Part shown: positions 1 to 5,996 of the stretch, piece after piece | Numbering within the stretch: position 1 is the stretch's first letter | How the letters are laid out: the number at the start of each line of letters is the position of its first letter | NCBI RefSeq assembly: GCF_006345805.1 | Contig: NW_021829493.1 | Span: 1-6,011 of the forward strand | From: Octopus sinensis | Taxonomy: Eukaryota | Reading direction: 5' to 3' | Length of the DNA: 6,011 nt | Translations under genes and position numbers: made by a program | Notes under the pieces: generated by a model | What the model was told of the DNA's origin: nothing | Seen by the model: the letters and a program-made list of their open reading frames with translations, nothing else | The model's database searches: none

Positions 1-90
1 ATTGATTTCTTTCTATACACCCAGTCACTTTCCCGCCAAAATGTATCAAACCTTGTGTGTCTCTATAAGAAAACTATTATCATTAATTTA

Positions 91-109
91 TACTACTACT
101 ACTACTACT
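91..109. repeat. (TAC)n microsatellite
   Basis: TACTACTACTACTACTACT, just upstream of the first SINE head. Confidence 0.9.
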
Positions 110-120
110 TATTACATAAG

Positions 121-342
121 GGCGGCGAGCTGGCAGAACCGTGAGCACGCTGGCGAAAAATGTTTAGCGGCATTTCGTCCGTCTTTGCGTTCCGAGTTCA
201 AATTCCGGCGACGTCGACTTAACCTTTATAATTTCGGGGGTCAATAAAATAAGTATCAGTCAAACACTGACGGTCGATGTAATCGACTCATCCCCTCCCC
301 CCCAAAACTGCTACGCTTGTAGCAAAATTTGAAACCATTTTC
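121..342 (+). mobile_element. tRNA-derived SINE family A, near full-length copy 1
   Basis: Head GGCGGCGAGCTGGCAGAACCG (A-box-like), B-box GAGTTCAAATTCC, core ending GTCGATGTAATCGAC, 3' end CCCCAAAACTGCTACGCTTGTAGCAAAATTTGAAACC, then an (ATT)n tail. Aligns by eye to 793-1030, 3691-3899, 4305-4524 and 5229-5385. Confidence 0.9.
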
Positions 343-410
343 ATTATTATTATTATTATTATTATATTATTATTATTATTATTATTATTATTGCTGCTGT
401 TGTTGGTGGT
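343..410 (+). repeat. (ATT)n SINE tail grading into GCT/GTT/GGT triplets
   Basis: ATT array 343-392 followed by GCTGCTGTTGTTGGTGGT. Confidence 0.9.
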
Positions 411-766
411 GTGTATTTAAACACCAGATAAACTTGTCGTTGCGTTATGTAGTATATACCTTTCCGTCTATTAGATACCTATGATGATGATGAACTTGCG
501 TTCAAATCGCATCACAACGTATTTTTCCATGGGTTTTTACATCCTGGAATAGATTAAGTAAGATCCCCGGTCGTTCATATGTTTGTACCAGTTTGCATCA
601 TTTATAGACATTTATTTAATGTCCCCATGATGTGGGGAACTTTTTCTGAGTCATGTGTGAATGAACAGATCTGTCTGCATCTGTCTGCATCTACAAAAGG
701 GCCTGGCAAGAAGAAACGCATTAAACTGACCATTTATATATTTATAGCCACCTGTGTGTATGTACA

Positions 767-792
767 ATCTATATCTATCTATCTATCTATCT
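767..792. repeat. (ATCT)n microsatellite
   Basis: ATCTATATCTATCTATCTATCTATCT abutting the head of SINE copy 2. Confidence 0.85.
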
Positions 793-1030
793 GCGAGCTG
801 GCAGAAACGTTAGCACGCCGGGCGAAAAGCGTAGCCGTATTTCGTATTTCGTCTGTCGTTATGTTGTGAGTTCAAATTCCGCCCGCCGAGGTCGACTTTG
901 CCTTTCATCCTTTCGGGGTCGATAAATAAAGTACCAGTTGCGCACTGGGGTCGATGTAATCGACTTAATCCCTTTGTCTGTCCTTGTTTGTCCCCTCTAT
1001 GTTTAGCCCCTTGTGGTCAATAAAGAAATA
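793..1030 (+). mobile_element. tRNA-derived SINE family A, copy 2 (distinct 3' end)
   Basis: GCGAGCTGGCAGAAACGTTAGCACGCCGGGCG head, GAGTTCAAATTCC B-box, core GAGGTCGACTTTGCCTTTCATCCTTTCGGGGTCGATAAA..CCAGTTGCGCACTGGGGTCGATGTAATCGAC, 3' end TAATCCCTTTGTCTGTCC..GCCCCTTGTGGTCAATAAAGAAATA running into (TA)n. Confidence 0.9.
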
Positions 1031-1075
1031 TATCTATATATATATATATACGCATATATATTATATATTCATATA
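1028..1075. repeat. degenerate (TA)n tract, tail of SINE copy 2
   Basis: ATATATCTATATATATATATATACGCATATATATTATATATTCATATAC. Confidence 0.8.
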
Positions 1076-1220
1076 CATGCGCATTTTGTGTATAGTGGTT
1101 GGTCTCTTGCAAAATCTCGTTCATGAAGGCGAGCAAGGCGAAAAACCTCGAAGTTACTGTCAACCTTTTCGTGTAAATTTTAATTAATGTATGTGAAGAT
1201 GAATTGATGTGCGTATTGCT

Positions 1221-1446
1221 GTATATAATATATGTATATATATATGTAATATATATATAATATATATATATATATATGATATATGTATATTATATATATA
1301 TATAATATATTATATTATATATATAATATAATTTATGTATATATATATATAATATATGTATATATAAAATATATATATATAAAATATATGTATATAAATA
1401 TATATATATAAAATATATGTATATATATATGTGTGTGTGTGTGTAT
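1221..1446. repeat. long degenerate (TA)n microsatellite ending in (TG)n
   Basis: About 200 nt of TA repeats with TAA/TATG interruptions, then TGTGTGTGTGTGTGT. Confidence 0.92.
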
Positions 1447-1659
1447 GTATACTCGTACGCTCAGGTGTGTTGGAAGAATCTTCACAGGTGTTTGATTTTG
1501 TCGTCTATTTTACTTTTTAAATACACACACGCACACATAATATATATACATGCACTTATATGTGTGCATGCGCGAGCACTTCTGTTTTCAATCACGCACC
1601 GCCACAACAATTAGGAAAAGAATTTTGTACGTAAATAAATAAAACTTCGCTTGCTACTG

Positions 1660-1688
1660 CACACACACACACACCACCACACACACAC

Positions 1689-1719
<31 letters not shown>

Positions 1720-1751
1720 CAAGTGAGCGCGCGCATATATATATATATATA
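1660..1751. repeat. compound (CA)n/CACCA - (GC)4 - (AT)n microsatellite
   Basis: CA array 1660-1720 with CAC-CAC slips, GCGCGCGC 1727-1734, ATATAT 1735-1751. Confidence 0.9.
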
Positions 1752-2040
1752 ATACACAACGATCTAGCCCTTTATTCGTGCATGGGAAAGGTGAATGACT
1801 TTAGTGAAGGAAAATTCAAAACTTAATTCTCATGCTAATATCCCCAGAAACCCGGTTTCAATTCCGGCATTGTCCCCCGACCAATTCCAGTTCGCCGAGT
1901 ACAATAATTCTTCTGGGTAATCTGGGTAAAAAATGTCAGAAAAACTCCTTTTCAACGTTTACTTCCCATAAACATTCCATTTAAGCTTTCCTTTAAACTA
2001 ATCTGCGACTTTTAATTAATATAACACTAACAATATTGTT

Positions 2041-2166
2041 TCATATTTTGGCACAAGGCCAGCAATTTTGGGTGGGAAGGTTTGTAAAGTCGATTACATC
2101 GAACCCCCTAGTAGATTTGACTGGTTCTTCATCCTATCGATTTAAAGTGCAAAGTCGGAACTCGGA
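2041..2166 (-). mobile_element. SINE family A, degenerate 3' fragment (copy 3)
   Basis: Reverse complement reads CCAGTCAAATCTACTAGGGGGTTCGATGTAATCGACTTTACAAACCTTCCCACCCAAAATTGCTGGCCTTGTGCCAAAATATGAAAC; same tail type as copy 1. Confidence 0.8.
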
Positions 2167-2260
2167 GTGTAAAATAGCTTTGAAGAAAACCCAGCTACGC
2201 ATTTATTTTGTCGAACGCGGCCCTGACATTTGGGGGGGGGGGGTGGAAACAGAGCCGTTG

Positions 2261-2551
2261 TCAGTTACATCGACCCCCAGCAAATCACTGGTATTTTATC
2301 AAACACATGGGAAGAAAGGAAAAGTTGGGTATTTTGTCAAACAGGTGGGGCGGAGCCTTGTCAGTTACATCGACCCCCAGCAAATCACTGGTATTTTATC
2401 AAACACATGGGGAAGAAAGAAAAAGTTGGGTATTTTGTCAAACAGGTGGGGCGGAACCTTGTCAGTTACATCAACCCCAGCAAATCACTGGTATTTTATC
2501 AAACACATAGGGAAGAAAGGAAAAGTTGAGTATTTTGTCAAACAGGTGGGG
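2261..2551. repeat. ~100-bp minisatellite, ~2.9 near-identical units, derived from SINE family A core (minus orientation)
   Basis: Units start TCAGTTACATC at 2261, 2361 and 2462. The first ~65 nt of each unit align to the minus-strand SINE core GTCGATTACATCGACCCCAG..ACTGGTAC..TTTATCGACCCC..ATGAAAGGCAAAGT. Confidence 0.92.
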
Positions 2552-3010
2552 AAGTAAGGAAAAGATGGGACCCCGGTTGGATTTGAATTCTGGGGCTTCT
2601 TTTAGTGTTTCGGTGACGAAGGTAAGCAAGTTACTGACCACTGTTGGCTTTTGTACATAGTATGGTGGCGATCGTTCATAGTTTGGTGGTAATTATTATT
2701 ATGGTGATAGCAAATGGCTGGAATAGTTAACACGGTGGTTGTTAGTTAAAATAGCTCCTTCCAATTTATCTTTTCAGTTTCTTTGTTTAAATTTACTTCG
2801 TAAAAGAGGTTGGGATCAGTCATTCAACTGTCGCGCGCGCACACGTATGAGCGAATATGCGTTGGTCTTCATACTCATAATACTCATATACTCATAATGT
2901 TTCGAGTTCAAATCCAAACGTTTTTCAATCGTAGGTTGATAACGCAAGCTCCACCAACATACAAAGATATACGAGTTGACCTCCACTTTGCAATGCATTC
3001 CTCCTGCGGC

Positions 3011-3066
<56 letters not shown>
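3011..3066. repeat. (CA)n(TA)n compound microsatellite
   Basis: CA 3011-3032, TA 3033-3062; lies at the 3' side of the minus-strand family B SINE. Confidence 0.92.
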
Positions 3067-3067
<1 letters not shown>

Positions 3068-3225
3068 GACGAGCTTCTTTCAGTTTCCGTCTACCGAATC
3101 CACTCACAAGGCATTGGTCGGCCCGAGGCTATAATAGAAGACGCTTGCCCAAGATGCCACGCAGTGGGAATGAACCCAGAACCATGTGGTTCGTAAGTAA
3201 GCAAGCTACTTACCACACAGCCACT
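3067..3225 (-). mobile_element. tRNA-derived SINE family B (5' portion)
   Basis: Minus strand reads AGTGGCTGTGTGGTAAG (A-box-like)..GGGTTCATTCCC (B-box)..CTTGGGCAAGCGTCTTCTATTATAGCCTCGGGCCGACCAATGCCTTGTGAGTGGATTCGGTAGACGGAAACTGAAAGAAGCTCGTCG, then (TA)n(TG)n. Single copy here; the family call rests on the Pol III boxes and on recalled similarity to an octopus repeat. Confidence 0.8.
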
Positions 3226-3284
3226 CTATGAAATGATAAGAAAAATATAAAATTTGAATAAAGAGCGAATAAAATAGCCGTTAC

Positions 3285-3327
3285 CTGTCTGTTTCGATCC
3301 TGTCTCTGGGCCCTCTTATTTTTCGAA
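3285..3327 (-). other. candidate micro-exon B (43 nt)
   Basis: Minus strand: ATTCTATTTGTGTACCAG|TTCGAAAA..AGACAG|GTAACG; purine-rich body with two open frames (SKNKRAQRQDRNRQ or RKIRGPRDRIETD). No recognised homology. Confidence 0.22.
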
Positions 3328-3427
3328 CTGGTACACAAATAGAATTACTAAAACTATTCATGTCATCATACAGTAAAACTATTAAGTTTATGCATTAATT
3401 AATAAATAATGTTAATACTAATTTCTT

Positions 3428-3665
3428 GCGGCCAGAAGAAGGGAAGAAATTGTAGCGGTGGAGGGTAGGACTTGGAGAATTGTTGAAATGAATTGATCTC
3501 AGTACTTTTGAGTGGTGCTCCGATTTTAATTTTGCCGAATCGAATCCGAAAAACTGAAATGTGAAGTTGATGACGGCGGCAGAATTTGAACGCAGAACGT
3601 AAAGGAACGGAGCAACTACTGAAAAAGTATTTTGTCCGATGTTCTCTAACGATACTGCCACAGCT
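3428..3665 (-). mobile_element. SINE family A, highly diverged copy 4
   Basis: GGCGGCAGAATTTGAACGCAGAACGTAAAG..AAGTATTTTGTCCG..CTAACGATACTGCCA is the reverse complement of the family A head and B-box. The 3' half (3428-3570) aligns only loosely, so that boundary is approximate. Confidence 0.65.
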
Positions 3666-3690
3666 GTATATCATAAGGATTTCTGATTTA

Positions 3691-3899
3691 AGCAAAAGGC
3701 CTCTAATTTTGGCGGGAGGGGTTAAGTAAGTCTATTATTACATCGATCTCGGTCTGTGTAACTGGTACTTACTTTATCGACCCCAAAAGTATGAAAGGCA
3801 AAGTTGATCTCGGGTGGATTTCGAACGTAAAAAGACAAGACGAAATACCCGCTTAAGCATATTTTACCCGGTGTGTTTTGTTCTGCCAGCTCGCCACCT
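3691..3899 (-). mobile_element. SINE family A, near full-length copy 5
   Basis: AAGGCCTCTAATTTTGGCGGGAGGGG..TTACATCGATC..AACTGGTACTTACTTTATCGACCCCAAAAGTATGAAAGGCAAAGTTGATCTCGG..GTTCTGCCAGCTCGCCACCT. Confidence 0.88.
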
Positions 3900-4165
3900 T
3901 AATCCGCCTTCTCACTTTAATAAATCAGATGTACTGATATTTTTATTGGCCACAAGGGTCATAACAAAGACGAAATACTAAAACAGAAATCAGAAGGGCA
4001 CATTTTTTTTATATGGATGGAGTAAAGGGGGTAAGAAAAACACAAAACACGATATTATTACATGAAATACCTGACAGTACTAGTGAGGGAGTACCCTTCC
4101 AAGAAAGGGTACCCAAGTTGGCGAGTGTAATAATAATCAAATAGAGCGAGATGATTCAGGGTACT

Positions 4166-4190
4166 ACACACACACACACACACACACACA
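4166..4190. repeat. (CA)n microsatellite
   Basis: About 12 CA units. Confidence 0.9.
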
Positions 4191-4304
4191 TCCACACCCA
4201 GATGCAGAGCAACAAAAGTATTTGACGACAAAAGTCATCCTACAGCCGCATAAGTTTTCAAGGCCCTTATAATTTATTTATCCTTTCCATACACTATTTT
4301 TTAG

Positions 4305-4524
4305 TAATAATAATAATAATAATAATAATAGTCCTTTCTACTACGGGCACAAGGCCTGAAATTTTGGTGGGAGGGGGTTAGTCGATTACATCGATCCCAG
4401 TGCGTAACCGATACCTAATTTATCGACTTCGATAAGATGGAGAGCAAAGTCCAACCCCAGTGAAGATTGACGTAAGGACGGACGAAATGCCGGCGAGCTT
4501 AATGATTCTGTCGGCTCACCGCCT
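4305..4524 (-). mobile_element. SINE family A, copy 6 with (ATT)n tail and internal deletions
   Basis: (TAA)n 4305-4330, then GTCCTTTCTACTACGGGCACAAGGCCTGAAATTTTGG..GTCGATTACATCGATCCCAGTGCGTAAC..GACGGACGAAATGCC..GATTCTGTCGGCTCACCGCC; B-box region partly deleted. Confidence 0.88.
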
Positions 4525-4622
4525 TTAATAATGGTGTAATAATTAGTTTTGCTTTATTAGCTCAATGGGTGTGTTTTAGTTTTATCGAAGGGTTCTCCTT
4601 CTCTGGTGAAAGGGGAAATTAC

Positions 4623-4666
4623 CTGAAACGGATTGTCGTCCTATCTAGATGGATGAGAAAACTCAT
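4623..4666 (-). other. candidate micro-exon A (44 nt)
   Basis: Minus strand: TTTGCTTTACTCTCTTAAGTAG|ATGAGT..TTTCAG|GTAATT; the only open frame reads MSFLIHLDRTTIRF. Splice motifs only, no recognised homology. Confidence 0.2.
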
Positions 4667-5228
4667 CTACTTAAGAGAGTAAAGCAAACTAGTAGAAATC
4701 GGGACCCAACTTTGACTTTATTGGGCGGACTCCGACTCCGTGATTCCGGTTATTCAATGGTTTAAATTAAAACTAGGATACTACCCAGGGAATATCGTCT
4801 TGAGATTTCTCGCTTCTTATTCACAGATCGGAACAGATCTGAATGAAAACCATTATTCTATAGTCCAAAATAAAACTTTTATTTCGTTGGAACCTTGTGA
4901 CTTATTGAAGGGGTTAAATAATATTTATTTTTAATTAAAAAGTAACTTTGGTTTAAAGTATAATAAAGCTAATGGTTTAAACTAATCTTCTTTCCCCTAA
5001 CAGCAATGGCGGCCGTGGCGATGGTGGATTTTTCTCTTTTTCCCCCATTCTGATCGAAGCTTTTAAGAAGCTGGGGCAAGGAACATTGGGCCATGGAACC
5101 ATTTAAGGGTTGGGTTAGAGGCAATGAGGGATTAAAAGTACTTTCTCTCTTTGGTTCATTAAAAGATTAAGTAGTTTTCTCTTCTGTTTATATTTTTATT
5201 ACCATCGTTTTAAAAATATAGTAAAAAA

Positions 5229-5385
5229 AATGTTTTGCGTCATTTCGTCCGCCTTTACTACGTTCCGAGTTCAAATTCCGCCGAGGTTGACTTTGGCTTT
5301 CACCCTTTCGTACTGGGGTCGTTCTAATCAACTTAGTTCTTTGCCCCAAAATTTGAGGCCTTGTGCTTCCATTCCAGTGGAAAGG
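5229..5385 (+). mobile_element. SINE family A, 5'-truncated copy 7 with internal deletion
   Basis: CATTTCGTCCG..CGTTCCGAGTTCAAATTCCGCCGAGGTTGACTTTGGCTTTCACCCTTTCG|TACTGGGGTCG..CCCCAAAATTTGAGGCCTTGTGC..GTGGAAAGG then (ATT)n; about 30 nt of core missing relative to copy 2. Confidence 0.88.
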
Positions 5386-5481
5386 ATTATTATTATTATT
5401 ATCATTATCATTATTATTATTATCATTATTATTATCATTATCATTATCATTATTATTATCATTATCATTATTATTATTATC

Positions 5482-5546
<65 letters not shown>

Positions 5547-5619
5547 CGTTATTATTATTATTATTATCATTATTATTATTATTATCATTATTATTATCAT
5601 TATTATTATTATTATTATT
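5386..5619. repeat. (ATT/ATC)n microsatellite, 78 triplets
   Basis: Triplet phase is unbroken for 234 nt: ATT with interspersed ATC and one GTT. Confidence 0.95.
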
Positions 5620-5727
5620 GAGTGAGAGAGCAGTTCATGCCATCAAAGTGACACTAGGGTAAAATATACGAAGCCCAATATACCCATCACGACTACCCGT
5701 CTGATAAGGGTACACCAGGCACATGCA
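5620..5727 (-). mobile_element. probable 5'-truncated retroposon 3' end (LINE/SINE 3' UTR-like) with (AAT)n tail
   Basis: Complex 108-nt block whose minus strand (..GTCACTTTGATGGCATGAACTGCTCTCTCACTC) runs directly into (AAT)n. It resembles a repeat I recall from octopus DNA, which is not a search result. No RT ORF is present. Confidence 0.5.
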
Positions 5728-5768
5728 TTATCATTATTATTATTATTATTATTATTATTTTATTTATT
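5726..5768. repeat. (ATT)n microsatellite
   Basis: CATTATCATTATTATTATTATTATTATTATT. Confidence 0.9.
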
Positions 5769-5853
5769 GTTTGCCTTTTTTTAAAATTCAAAGCAAACAC
5801 ATACACCGACACAGTCAACACTCACACGCACACTTCCCCTTAACCGTGAGTGT

Positions 5854-5906
5854 GAATGAATGAATGAATGAGAGAGAAAGAGGGGGGTAGTGAGAGAGAG
5901 AGAGAA
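5854..5906. repeat. (GAAT)n/(GA)n purine-rich low-complexity tract
   Basis: GAATGAATGAATGAATGAGAGAGAAAGAGGGGGGTAGTGAGAGAGAGAGAG. Confidence 0.8.
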
Positions 5907-5996
5907 TGGGTGAGTAACTAGGTTAAGGATGTTGGAAAGTAGAACTTGTTAGCTTTATAATAGTCATCAGTTGTGTAAAAAGAACTGCTCCACGAT

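Noticed and set aside
121-210. tRNA genes at the SINE heads (also 793, 3225, 3899)
   Set aside because: A/B boxes are present, but I could not build a full cloverleaf and each head continues into a repeated body and tail, which defines a SINE.
1085-1180. Protein-like open frames (WLVSCKISFMKASKAKNLEV on +, FALLAFMNEILQETNHY on -)
   Set aside because: Splice donors are weak or absent and I recognise no homology.
2-1614. ORFs 2-247, 579-869, 984-1187 and 1417-1614
   Set aside because: They overlap SINEs and TAC, ATCT, TA or TG repeats, giving low-complexity peptides such as YIYI and CVCV.
2261-2551. CRISPR-like array
   Set aside because: Whole units repeat with no unique spacers, no cas genes are present, and the context is eukaryotic SINE-derived DNA.
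2036-2557. 173-aa ORF, the longest in the window, as a real gene
   Set aside because: It consists of a SINE fragment plus the minisatellite, its repeats shift frame, and no domain is recognisable.
2904-2915. Isolated B-box-like GAGTTCAAATCC (similar GTTCAAATC at 500-508)
   Set aside because: There is no A-box or SINE body in register; it is either a tiny remnant or chance.
2810-3695. ORFs at 2810-3196, 2816-3067, 2925-3107, 3395-3661 and 3399-3695
   Set aside because: They run through the (CA)(TA) array, the family B SINE or the decayed family A copy, with no recognisable protein.
4758-4981. TGGTTTAAA three times (4758, 4949, 4973)
   Set aside because: AT-rich 9-mer with irregular spacing and no assignable factor.
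5104-5130. Telomere-like or G-quadruplex stretch TAAGGGTTGGGTTAGAGG..GAGGG
   Set aside because: No tandem TTAGGG units and only three G3 runs.
5230-5662. Poly-Ile, poly-Tyr/His and poly-Leu/Ser ORFs
   Set aside because: They are translations of the ATT/ATC microsatellite in different frames, preceded by SINE sequence.
620-5853. Small isolated hairpins or palindromes (TCCCCA/TGGGGA ~622-638, GAAACC-C-GGTTTC 1847-1859, AAAGTACTTT 5135-5144, ACACTCAC/GTGAGTGT 5818-5853) and an AP-1-like TGAGTCA at 647
   Set aside because: All are short enough to be expected by chance in 6 kb, with no supporting context.
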